Positions 52,101 through 64,000 of a DNA stretch of 64,000 nucleotides are shown piece by piece. A program made the position numbers and the translations under genes. Numbering within the stretch: the stretch's first letter is position 1; each line of letters begins with the position of its first letter. The stretch is from Botryllus schlosseri (Eukaryota). The notes under the pieces are model-generated. The model was not told the origin of the DNA. It did no database searches and was given only the letters and a program-made list of their open reading frames with translations. The stretch covers positions 35,962,001 through 36,026,000 of the forward strand of contig CM119371.1 of NCBI GenBank assembly GCA_051294905.1, in the 5' to 3' direction.

Positions 52101-52603
52101 GACTCGTCGTCAACAGCAGAAGCCAGGTTGCCCTGGTAACTGTGCTGAGACATCCAGCGAGGAAAAGCAGCAATATTATCAGTGACGTCAGCGGCGGCGT
52201 CAGCACGAAATTTCCGCTCGATTACGTCGGCAGGAATTTCGCACCGTTTACTGCCAGAATCATCCTCGATGATCTGTCTGACCGTTTCCTTCTGATTGCG
52301 CCAGAAAGCGGACCGAAGATGTTGGGCTGCCCCAGGTCGACACTCGCGCTGGCCATTCAATTGATTGACCTTCGCACGGCGTTGTGCTTCGCGCGAGTAT
52401 CGGTTCCTAGGGCGTTTACGGCCGGGAGGGCGGCTGCAATCAGAGGCACGGACAGTCCAGAGCTCCAGCTCACGTTCAAGGTGCCCGAAAGCCTCGGTGT
52501 TATGAGGACATTCTGACACCAAGTCCGCAAGCTCCGAGATTCACCCTGGATTATTCTCACCTTCCATACCACTGTTTCGCACCTACAGAATAGTCTGCTG
52601 TTC
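49146..52603 (-). mobile_element. 5'-truncated R2-group non-LTR retrotransposon (NeSL/Utopia-like; RT + CCHC + restriction-like endonuclease)
   Basis: RT motifs SPGSDG, NWRPIAL, QKGF, GVRQGCPLS, YADD, RYLG; C..C..ETLPHVLNHC, RHN, RPDL...ID; boundaries tentative from the acagtcgcga direct repeat. Confidence 0.85.
49701..52540 (-). pseudogene. RT-RLE polyprotein ORF with one frameshift near 51295
   Basis: ORF 51293-52522 ends just after YADD; the thumb and endonuclease continue in ORF 49701-51329. Confidence 0.85.
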
Positions 52604-53854
52604 ACAGTCGCGAAAAGAATCACAAGTCAGACATAGCGACCGCTCGTGACTTTCTGTTACATACACACCGATCGCTCACAATGTAATATTTTGGTAATCA
52701 GTATGTCGCAGAACTGGATTTCACTGGTAAGATTTAATAAGTAAAGAATAACAGAACCGTCGCAGACGGTGCTTCGAATACCGACAAATTCTCACTTATT
52801 TCTGATCCAACCCTAATCCTTTGCGAAGTTGACGCTTATTCAAAAATGTGTGAAATAATCGGAGAACCCTACGTCGCTGACAGGACAATGCATCAGACAA
52901 AGCGAGCCAGTTATAGCACGTTGTTGGAATCCATTCAGTAAACCCATAAAACCGCGCATTATACACCTACAGCTCATCTGCTGAGTTCTGCAATACGAGG
53001 GACGACATGAATCGCGCATGTAATAAGTTAATCATTGATTGATATATTTAAGATCGAACAATGTTGTCACCTTTAGCAAACAGTCAATGTATGCTGCGTA
53101 GAAGAGTAATTTACAGAGACTAGATTGACTTTCATTGTGTTAAAACGCTAAAAATCATACAAATGTAACGTGCTTCAAAAACGAGCTGCACTTTTCATTT
53201 TTTCAATTCGCATTGTACCAATGGTAACAATAACAAACTATGATGTATACGGGCATACGGTACTATAGTAGCTGCACAATTTGTAAATAAACAGTTACAC
53301 ACACGGAAAGAACACGCAGTAATGAGAATTTTGTAGGTTTTAAAGGAAATATTTTTCTCTACATAAAATAGGTTTGTTCAACTGAATAATAGTAGAATCC
53401 AGCACTTTTACATGAAACAAAGACCTACCACGCGCAATGACAATGAACATATTGTCATCATAGTGCTGTGCACAGGCGAGGTTTTCACTCAAATGCTGAC
53501 CAATTGACGGAGCATATGCTTGGTAATCGTCATAGCAGTCTGTTTTGGCAGCCAATTTGCACTGACGTGCGAGCTCCGTGCGATCATTTGCGCATGTTTT
53601 TGATCGACTCAATTTTGAGATATATTGCTTAATACGCTTAAACAATATTTGAGATGTACGTCCTTCCCTCAAATTTGTACAAGTCTCTACGTCCGTCGGG
53701 ATCGCAGCGGCCGCGTATGTACGGTTTACCGAAGACACATAAAGATAACGTAGTTCTTCGCCCCATATTGTCTATGTCTGGATCGGCACAACATAATTTA
53801 GCTAAATGGCTTAACACCGTCATTGAACCAGTTCGATCCTTGCATACGCACCAC

Positions 53855-55630
53855 CATGGCCGTAATAGCACTTCGTCAGCCCCCCCCCCAAAAAAACGTT
53901 GGTCTTGGGCCCCCATAGGGTGATAAACCGAACTTCTGTGTGGCTTCCTCCCCCCAGACCCCCCCTGGCTACACGCTGTTTACCGCTACTCATCATCTCT
54001 GTTAAGCGTCCGTTGAGTGGGTGAGCTCATCTCGTGTAGACGCGCAGAGCGCGAAAATTTTCAAAATCACTAACGAATCGGGCAATATGATCGGGAATTG
54101 AATATATATTGATGTCAATTTATATCCTCCCTCTGGCCACGTAATCAGATTTACCGGTAGAGCTGAGTGTGGTGTGTTTGAAAGGGTAGGAATCCTCAAT
54201 AATAATTAAAGATCTTCGGGCGTATACCCGTTTGCAGGAACGAAACAGCACTTGGCCAGGTCCCCCGATAAAACTTGGGTCTTGGGCTCCAATAGAACGA
54301 TAAACCAACCCCCCTCACGTTGTTCAATTTTGTCACGAAATAAGGGCCACAGTCTAGTGAGCCAGCGCAAAGCGCGATATTTTTCGATAATTCATGATAA
54401 TATCGGGAATTGCATAAATATATTGCTATTAATTTCTTGTCTTTTATGCTTACGTTATCAGATTTACCGGTAGAGCTGAATGAGGTTGCTTGGAGACTAT
54501 AGGGCCCGTAAATTAAATTAAACATATTCGGGCGGGCGGACCCGTTGGTATGACTTCGTTTAATGATGTCATTTCGTGATCTCCTGTCTGTTATATCATA
54601 AAATACAAAATCGCCCAAACGTATTAAACTAACGACGCACACGCACTGGCATATTATTTTTTCCGGCGGGATGGTATTTATCTTCTGATGTTCAGATTGC
54701 CAGTACAGGAAAATTCGCCGCCAGTCATTTAGGCGCCTATGGACAATAGGGCTGTTCATATTTAACCTTTTTTCCTGAATCTTGCTGGCTACGTGTCAAA
54801 TCGTTAGGTTGTCTTAAAAAACGACGGACACCAAATTTGAATTCATTCCAACCAATATTCGCGGGTTTCGTACAATTTGCCCAGAAATGCAAAAAAAATA
54901 TCGAATTTTTCTGCCAACCACATGAAATTGTTGCGCTGTCTTCAAAAACTATGCAAAACAAATTTGACTCAATTCCCAGCCGCAGAAGTGGAGTTATTCC
55001 AGTTTTCCGATGAAAATCCTTGAACAGCCCTAATGGACAATTAAACCTATATGTATTTTGCATATATATAACGAAGTTTTCGGTCAGCCGAAGAGGGCAG
55101 TCCTTTTCGGCCCAGGTTTTCTAGCTGCCAGTCGTTCTGGCACACTTCTTGGAGTCGCATGTTACATGGCCTAAAACTTTAAATGGCTCGCCGATATGTC
55201 AATTTTTATTTGCAATCAGTTACAATGTACCGTTCACCATACGCAACCTACTCTCGTCATCGCAATTGTCCACCGCCGTCGGTGAGTTCGTGATAAGTTG
55301 TAATAAGTTCATTTAGTTACTGCTTGATTTGCATTTCCTGACGACCGTGGCGCACAAGGCCATAAATGGCGAAACGCACCACTCATGTTTGTGATAATAA
55401 TAATAATACGTCCACTTCCATAAATCTTGAGTATTTTGTCTTGGGAAAGAGTACCAAATGATTAAGAAACTTGGCAACTTAAAATCGTGCCCCGCGTGAA
55501 ATTTTTTTAAAAAGTTGCATAATTTTTAAAAAAATACTCTGTAATTTATGCTAATTCGCGAAATAATTTTGGGCCCCCTTCGAATCCCCCCCCCAATTGG
55601 GGGGTTTGGGGTGCGGCAGTTACGGTCCTG
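53855..55630. mobile_element. Non-autonomous hAT-type element inserted in the Penelope RT
   Basis: catggccgtaa / ttacggtcctg termini; exact TSD cgcaccac. Confidence 0.85.
54747..55032. mobile_element. TAGGGCTGTT MITE (single-arm form of 27006-27624)
   Basis: tagggctgttca / tgaacagcccta; exact TSD atggacaa. Confidence 0.88.
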
Positions 55631-55742
55631 CGCACCACTGTCTTCGCGACTCGTTCACGTTTGTAGAAGAACTAAAGCGGGCAAAATTAAATCCATCCAA
55701 TGTATTTCTTAGCTCAGTATATGTGAATGTCTTTTTACCAAC

Positions 55743-56674
55743 TAGTAAGGGCATTTTATGAAATATTTCACAAATCTGTGAACTATATTGTTACCAAACA
55801 ATTTCTTCACCAACATGTCTGTCAAGGTCTCTTATAACAAGTGTTAAAAAGTTGAAGTTCAACTCTTGTGGGAAACCCAGAAAAAAAGCTGTTAAATTTG
55901 ACAAATTTGAAAAAATAAAATAAAATAAAAAAATTGAAAAAAAATCTTTATAGGCTATAAGTAACTAAGGATGGGTTTAATAATGGTTTTTCATGTTTCT
56001 CAATTAATTGTTAAAATTTGCATTTTACTACAGGCTGTTTTGTGGAGATATATGTAAAAGTAATGGCACTGATGATGGCATAGTTATCTAGTCATGAGTA
56101 CGCCGTTCAGTAATTCGATACCGAACGATTCAACAAATTCTGTATACTGTAATACTGGGTAACACACACATATATAGGCTTAAAGCAGTTCAGTAATTCC
56201 TAAATTACAGTTCTAAGCCATGCAGCAAGGTCTAAAACGGTATTTTCTGTATCATTCCGTTCTATAAGATGGACGCATTTGTACCGAAGTAAAAAAGCGG
56301 CTATGAATCCAGCACGCCCTTGTGTGAGTTCATTGTCAATTGTTATTGAATGGTTCGTCGCTGTTTCACAATAATTTCTGATCCTTCGCATATGGATCAG
56401 ATTTGATCAGACGCTCATCTGTCCAGGTAACACACTATGAGCAGTGGTTTGGGTTAATAACGCCAACGATCCTGAGTTTCAACATTCCAACTGGAATGGC
56501 TGGATGAAGAGAATCAATGGCAATGATGCAAAACAGCGCGCACATATCGAGTTCCTTCCAGTTATTGAAGGAGACCATGATTACCTTAAAACCTTCTTCG
56601 CCAGTCTTAAAGAGTGCACACAGCGCGTTGGGGTATAGCTATAGCGACCGTCGATCTTCCGATTCGACTGAAGG

Positions 56675-56707
<33 letters not shown>

Positions 56708-59700
56708 GAAGCAGACAAATTTAGCAGTCATTCCAAGGCTGAGTGGTTTTCACGTATTGAAATCTTATCTTGGACCAATTGGTGACATCGGGCTACTAGA
56801 TGTGATCCAGTTGATCTATGCTAGAAGCACAACAACCATCCACATCATGGATGGAGGATGTTTTGACAAGGTAATCCCTCCCCACCTCCTCGTCGATGCA
56901 TCTATCTATCAACATACCATGGAAATTGCCTTAACTGAGGATAAGCGTGGTGACATGAAGTCCTTCATGGAAAGCGTGACTGGTGGGGAAATGGGAGCCA
57001 GACACTGTGACCCAGTATTGCGAGTATTTGAGCGAAGGTTTGAAAAAACGTTCAATCGATTCGCAAAAAGAGGAAGAACACCTGCACTCTGGATGGAGTA
57101 CCAATACATGGTAGATATGCCCAATGTCTTTATGAGAACCGAGTGACTCGCAGACCACAATGAGAATCTGTCCTGCATTGTTACCAAGATATGCTTCACA
57201 CCTGCAAGCCAGCATCAGCGGTTATCAAACTTTTTTCGGCACGCCCCTTGATATAAAATTTCGCCCCCCCCCCCTCTTATCGTCATATCGAAAAGTATTA
57301 AAAAGAGCAACCAATGTTTGCAACCCCAATGCATTGTTTGGTGGCACGGGAGGTATTATGGCTGTTGAGACACTTCTCAAATATGTAGCTGCAGTTGAAT
57401 AATTTATTACACATAACCATGTGTAATGATAACATGTAGCACATAGATATTTTAGCGATTTTGGTGCCTAACCCCTTCTATCACCCCACTTGATCTTAGC
57501 TCGAACGGACCTGACCGCAACCTAAATCAAAAACCAATGGCAGCTACACGCATTTACTAGTTACACTTCATTCAGGGACATCTTCTGATTAGTGCAAGGT
57601 TCGGTATCACTCAAAATCTAGCATCAGTGTGTGGATGGTACGGCGGAATTAGGACATTTCAAATCAAAAGGGCTAATTAGGATTATTTCCATTGTTGAAA
57701 CTGGATGTTTCAGCACAAATTAAACTAATTCCGAGTTCAAGAAAATCATTTCTCTCAGGCGGCTTCGCGCCTCCCCTCAGATGCTTCCACGACCCCCACC
57801 CCCAGTTTGAGAACCACTGCATTAGAACGTCTGCCGCCCACGGGAAACACGTTCGTGAATCCGCAGAGGAAGAATGAGCAACAGCTTTTCTGGCCACAGA
57901 TGTTGGGTGCCCACTCTCAGTCATCTGTCAGATGTCAACCGGCGAATGGAGGAGGACGTCAGTAGATATGTACCCGTTCACAGAGAGCTTACCAAGACAC
58001 AGATGAATCGAGATGCAGGGGCCATTGAACCTGTCCTAAAATGGTTTGAAGAAATGAAGCCATTCGTTTAACGATGGATAAAAGGGGTTGCTCATGTATT
58101 TCTCAACTGGATTCACAAGTATACGGTTGATGACGTAGTCGAAATACTGAGGGAGCAGCTGAATTTAGGATGGCCATTCGCCATGCAGATCAACCTGGAT
58201 TAAAAGTCAGTGACGCCGACCATGGTTGTCATGTCAAAGGTAAAAGCAGGGATTTAATGACTCGAGTCGCGATTTTTTATGACTCGACTTGACTTGAGTC
58301 ATTTTCCAAAAATACGGATTTGGGTATCGATTCGACTTCTCGAGTTATTGCGCATGACTCGAACCAAGTCATATGACATCGAGACTCAGACGGCCAAGAC
58401 CAACATTTTATGCTAATTTCGAAGAATAGTAAAGTAACCTAACTATTGGGATTTCGTCTAATAGTAGGCCTACTTGTACTTGAAAATGCGACCAGAAACT
58501 GCTAAAAGTGAAGAAAACTAGTATATTAGAAATGCGAACCATTCGATATCACCAATCAGAGTTATAAAAAAGGGTATGGCATTAACTGGAAACTGAGCAG
58601 TATGAACACAATGACAATACCACGACTCAGACTCAACAAGGCAGTCTGAATCCTGCGCTGCCGATTACAGGCGCAGAAGCCTGTCTATGGGGTTATCTAC
58701 GGATGCTAATCGTTGTAATTCATACACGTGATCCATGACTTTAATAACACAATAGCACGCCCAACTTGATGATGATAGCTGACACTTAGCACAGCAACAG
58801 CAACATACGGCCGGCGAACGTAACACAATTACGATTAACGTAAGCAAGAAACCAAAGTAAGTTAAGTAAGATTTACAATTAATTTTGCGTCAACGTAAAT
58901 AACCAATGAATGGTGGTTCGCAGACGCTTTATATAGCGGTAAGAACAGCCTATCTGAAAAGGCTTGATTACAAATGATTACTAAAATCGGGATTACCAAA
59001 TGAAATGCGCAAGCGCAAACACTCTGCTCGCTGACTTGGACTCGGACTTGACTCGGTGGTGAATTGAAAATGAATCGACTTGACTCGAGTCAAAACTATA
59101 AAATTGAGATTGACTTGTGACTCGGAGCCTTATGAGTTGGTTACAACTTACAACCCTGGGTAAAAGCCCTGTCATCGCAAAGAAAATGTCCTAAGGTTTA
59201 CGAGTAACACATTCACATTGACTCATTGAAGTTGTTCTTGTTCAACCGTCTGATCATTTTCACCCAGCTGGGGGAAATGAATGTTGCGACAAGCTTACAG
59301 TATGAGTTCACTCCTCTCCCGCTGTCCCTGTTCAGGAACAAAAATCAGAAGATGAACAAGGCTACCAAGGCAAAATGTTCGAATACAACCTTGTAGGCCT
59401 TAACTGAACCACTTGATTTGACTAATCAACCATGCTGAACCCTCATTACTGATGGTGGATGGCTTGGCTTCTGCACATGGTGAAGTGGGGTCAACGTCAG
59501 ACATGACAGGGAATTGCCAACAATTACCCAAGCTACGTGCAGTATCTGGGCCGTTGCTTTCAGAATGTCATTGTGGTCTTTGATGGTTACAGCAGTTCAC
59601 CAAAACATACAGCATGTTCTCAAGGAAGACAGAGACAGGAGTGATAAAACCAGAGACACTACCTCTAACAGAGGGTGCAGCTTCATAACGTTCACTCGGC

Positions 59701-60516
59701 GAGTACCTGCAGACCCAGGATTTGATTCTTTTACAGAATTTGTCTCCGAACCCCAGCGATTACGGATGGACAATAGGCGTACATAGATATGAGCCTGATG
59801 AGCTATTGCAGTTCAGAAGCTATAGTTGTCATAAAGGTTGCAACAACCGAATATACAGCTGCAAGAAGAATGAGGTCACGTGATTTTCAGCTTGTGGAGT
59901 ATGTAAAGACGCTATAATGCAATAATTGCAGTTACGATGATGTTGAGTCCGAAGAAGGCATAGGCAATGCCTGTTGAAATGTCTGATATTGTGCATGTGA
60001 AATAGGCTACCTCTACAGTGAACATAGCTATGCGAAATAAAGGAGATTTTGTGCATGAATATAAAAGTGGGTGTGGCGTTTTTCACAAAGCAGAGCCTGT
60101 AGTGAATTATAAGTGTTAACAATCAATTGAGAATCATGGAAAACCATTATTAAACATGTCCTAAGTTACTTATCGGCGATAAAGATTTCGTTATTTTATT
60201 CATTTATTTATTTTTTAATTCGTCAAATTCACAAAGCAGAGCCTGTAGTGAATTATAAGTGTTAACAATCAATTGAGAATCATGGAAAACCATTATTAAA
60301 CACGTCCTAAATTACTTATGGGCGATACAGATTTTTAACTTTTTTTTAATTTTTTTTCAATTCGTCAAATTTAACAGCTTTTTTGGGGGGGGGTTTCCCA
60401 CAAGAGTTGAGCTTAAACATTTTAACACACGTTATTACACACCTTACCAAACATATTGGTGAAGAAATTGTTTGGGAACAATATAGTTCACAGATTTTCA
60501 TAAGTTTCCCTTACTA
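55743..60516 (+). mobile_element. Degenerate Academ (AcademX-like) DNA transposon
   Basis: AAC|TAGtaaggg...cccttaCTA|AAC; ~290-bp imperfect TIRs; remnants VIPRLSGFH, TPALWMEY, YEFTPLPLSLF, IVVFDGY (XPG-like) and a Cys-rich C-terminus near 59825-59930. Confidence 0.75.
58247..59158. mobile_element. GACTCGAGTC-repeat hAT-type MITE nested in the Academ element
   Basis: cagggatttaa / ttacaaccctg; exact TSD ggtaaaag. Confidence 0.85.
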
Positions 60517-63500
60517 AACTTTTGAAATCTGCGCAAACGCGCTTTTTGATGGCACGCTTGAACCTCCGAAATTACCTCGTGATATTTTTCTTGAATTGTT
60601 GCAAACTGCTACTAGTTGCGTTGAATTCAGCTTCAATGACACGATGTTCCGCCAAACTAATAGTATCGCAATGGGTTCTCCGTTGGGACCTAGTCTGGCC
60701 GATACATTCGTGGGATACCATGAAAAGAAATTGTTTGAAAACCTCGCAAAACCTCTCCTCTATTTTAGATATGTTGATGACACCTTTGTTGCCTTTAAAA
60801 ATGAGCGAGAGTGTAATAATTTCTTCGAAAAATTGAACAGTGTCCATCCAGCTGTACAATTTACCGTGGAAAAGGAAACTGATGCGACCCGTCCGTTTTC
60901 AGACGTCTTAGTAGAGAGATCAGGACAAACGTTTTTAACGTCGGTGTACAGAAAACCTACCTTCACTGGTCATTATATCCGTTGGGATTCATTTTGCCCG
61001 AAGCGGCGTAAATTAAACCTCATTTCATCTCTCGTCAATCGGGTCTTGCGCCTCTGTTCACCGGAAAAACTGTCACGTGAATTGGATGATATCCACTTGA
61101 TTATGTCCAAAAATGGCTATCCAGACCACCTATTAAAATGCTCCATCCGTAGGGTTTTGAAAAAAATCGGATATAGCTCCCAAATATGGACCAGAAAAAT
61201 GCCCGGCATTTTCACTCCTACCTTGGCTAGGTCACGTGTTTAACCGTTTTAAAAAACTTATTAAATCGGCTGTTCACCGTTGTTATTTCAGCGTAAACAC
61301 GCATGTGGTGTACACGACGAAACCCTTGTTGCCCAACTCTCGAAAATATGTACTTCCTGCCTTTATTGCGAGTAATGTTGTTTACCAATATAAGTGCTAC
61401 TGTGATAGTAGGTATGAAGGACGTACATCTCAAAGATTGTTTGAGAGTATTAAGCAGCATATCCCAAAATAGATTTGATCAAAAACATGCGCAAATGATC
61501 GCACGGAGCTCGCACGTCAGTGCAAATTGGCTGCCAAAACAGACTGCTATGACGATTACCAAGCATATGCTTCGTCAATTGGTCAGCATTTGAGTGAAAA
61601 CCCCGCCAGTGCACAACACTATGATGACAATATGTTCACTGTCATTGCGCGTGGTAGGTCTTTGTTTCATGTAAAAGTGCTGGAGTCTACTATTATTTAG
61701 TTGAACAAACCTATTTTATGTAGACAAAAAGATTTCCTCGATAACCTACAAATTTCTCATTAGTGCGTGTTGTCTCGTGCGTATAACTGTTCATTTACAA
61801 ATAGGCCATTTGCAGGACTTCGATCACGTGACTAGATACGCATAGCAACCACAAATTGGTTAGCAAGCTACTTTCTCGCTCACCTGCTTCAGTTCTAAAT
61901 ATCGCATACTGTAGTGTTGATTTCTGGTTGTAAACGTTTCAGAAATTTGTTGTGAAAGTCATTAGAGATTCACCTATGCTAGACGTCAGTCCTGTACAAA
62001 GCATTTCGAATGACATCGTCAGAATTACGCAGAAGTATTACGGTACTCAACTCTGATCATATGTACTTATATTCTGGCATTTGAAGTAGAGCGATTGGTT
62101 TATATTCTGGTAGGAGTATTTGTTAGTTCGAGTAGTACTGTATGTCTGTTGTGGAGCCTGATTTTGGATGGAAGATATGACTGAAGCAGCTGGGACCCGC
62201 AAGGATCAGGATATACTGTCTGCTCTGCTGTCGTGCTGACATAAAACAATGTCGCTGACACACATCGGAAGTATCTTTTGGGAGAACCAGCAAGACTAAA
62301 CAAAGCAGTGCACTTCATTGTTGCCTTATACAATGCTGTTTTATTAGCACTACTTCGCAACTGCGATGAAAGTGGATTTGGAAAATCACACGCGATTTTG
62401 ACAAATAGTTGATGTCACATGTGCGCTATTTAGGGAACTAAGAGAAGTAACTATCAAATAAATTTTAGAGCAGCTCAACCGCAGTGACAAGATCGGTCAT
62501 CCTCTACCCAGAGGTGGTCAACGTAGTCATTGTTGGGAACCGAGTAGAAGTAGAAGTAACTCCGTAATTTATAATCCAGTACAAGTAGAACTAATTACTT
62601 CCAAGACAGGTTAAAAGTACTTCAAGTGGAAGTAGAAATAAATTTCTGAAAAGTAGTCAAGAAAGTCGTTACATGAAGTAGATTAGGTTGAGGGTTGCTC
62701 AGTTTTAGAAATTTATGCGAGGTGACAGCTGTTAACATTGCACGGTGCATCTTCTTGATCAACGCATAAGAGTAATGGCACTAAAAATAAGTGCAATTTT
62801 CACAAATTGATTTAGTTACCGTGGTACTGGGGCTATTATGCCCAGGTTTTATGACAACCTCACGCTTGAAGGGGAGGCGATCATGCGCCAAAGCTACTTT
62901 CTAGTTGACAAGATGTCAAGTCTGACAAAAAGGTTCTGCCTAAAAAGTGTCAAGTAGAAGTGGGAGTAGCCTAAACTCATAATGACGCGAGTACTCAGGT
63001 AAAATAGTACTTCGCTGCTGACCACCTCTGTATATTGGTTCAACCAACTCAGAAACATCCTCTAAAGACGACGAACATTGTTTCTTTTGCATTGACTTCG
63101 TAATACTCTGAACAAATGATATTCTTTGATTCATTGAATTTACAAATATACTTGGAAAGAAGTACAATTTATTAATTTTTGTTTTGCATTCGATGCCCAG
63201 AGCATGAAAAATAGTTGAAGAATGCATGTCAACCTTATCAAGTTCAATAACTGCCGACACTTTATGCCCATGTCTTTTCCTCTGCCTCCATAACCACCTG
63301 TCTGGACAGATTCATAGCATCTACGGAAGAGCGCTTATCTTGCTGTACGCAAATGAAATATTATTTTCATAGCAGCATCGGGAAAGAAGTTCAGGACAGT
63401 TAGTCAGTGGTCAGATCATCTGCTGACATTTCTGTCGGCATGACACCACACTGCTTTTTACCGCATAATTGGCTCCAGGCTGAATTTTTTACGAGGGCAT

Positions 63501-64000
63501 CATCAATTTCTTAGTTGCCTATGTTCAGCTCTCTTGGGATAATCCATCAGATCATTAATTCGTATACATGTGCTATGTCTTGAAACTCAAGATATTTGCA
63601 CTGTGCCAAACAGTAAAGTAATCCAATCCAGGCAATCAATCAAGTAATCCAGATAGATTGTTGCATCATCGGTTGGAGCTGATGATCATTTTTCTTCGGG
63701 TAGTGGCACTTGGTAGCATGACAGAATGATCAATAACTTGTAATATAGGTATAGAGGTCTAAATATTTTGAATTGTTTACTGAGAAACCATACAATAGCA
63801 TAGGATGTTTAATATATATATATATTGTATGTAGCATGTTGCATGAATTTCCAATACATCAACGTACTGACAGTCATTGTCTCTTCAGGCTTAAAAATAG
63901 CGGTATCCTATATATATTGCAAACGATATCAATCATCAAAATACTGCAATGATTACCAACTACCACTATACAATACACTTATAGTAGGCTATGCAGTGCT

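Larger units (their letters stand above)
53280..61801 (+). mobile_element. Penelope-like element (RT + GIY-YIG), 5'-truncated with an inverted copy of its 3' end, split by two DNA transposons
   Basis: Pieces ~53660-53854 (PRMYGLPKTHK..LRPILS), 55639-55742 (LRDSFTFVEEL), 60520-61760 (AMGSPLGP, YFRYVDD, YRKPT, VVYQYKC.CDSRYEGRTS); 53280-53666 is the reverse complement of 61416-61801. Confidence 0.88.

Noticed and set aside
52960..53280. Hammerhead in the inverted end of the Penelope element
   Set aside because: Only a CAGATGA-like remnant on the minus strand; no convincing GAAA/UH or helix I
62940..63760. Degenerate hAT transposase on the minus strand
   Set aside because: Only a faint resemblance with many stops; cannot be supported without a search

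Overview
This is repeat-rich eukaryotic (animal) DNA, not prokaryotic. The gene style suggests an ascidian-like invertebrate, but that is inference. Host genes are two spliced paralogous TPR-like genes, two intronless 542-aa BTB-BACK-Kelch paralogs, and a small tRNA cluster that includes a tRNA-Thr(CGT)/tRNA-Ser(AGA) pair only 4 nt apart. Most of the rest is nested mobile DNA: hAT-type MITEs with 8-bp TSDs, a Chapaev3 remnant, a foldback element with satellite arms, a tRNA-derived SINE family, a near-intact 5'-truncated RLE-type non-LTR retrotransposon with a highly structured 3' UTR, and a Penelope-like element split by a hAT element and an Academ transposon. The most notable hidden signal is a dispersed ~110-bp repeat carrying a minimal hammerhead ribozyme motif (CUGACGA...GAAA-AUAU-UC). 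The best copy sits near the centre of a 434-bp near-perfect palindrome. All calls were made by eye, without database searches.
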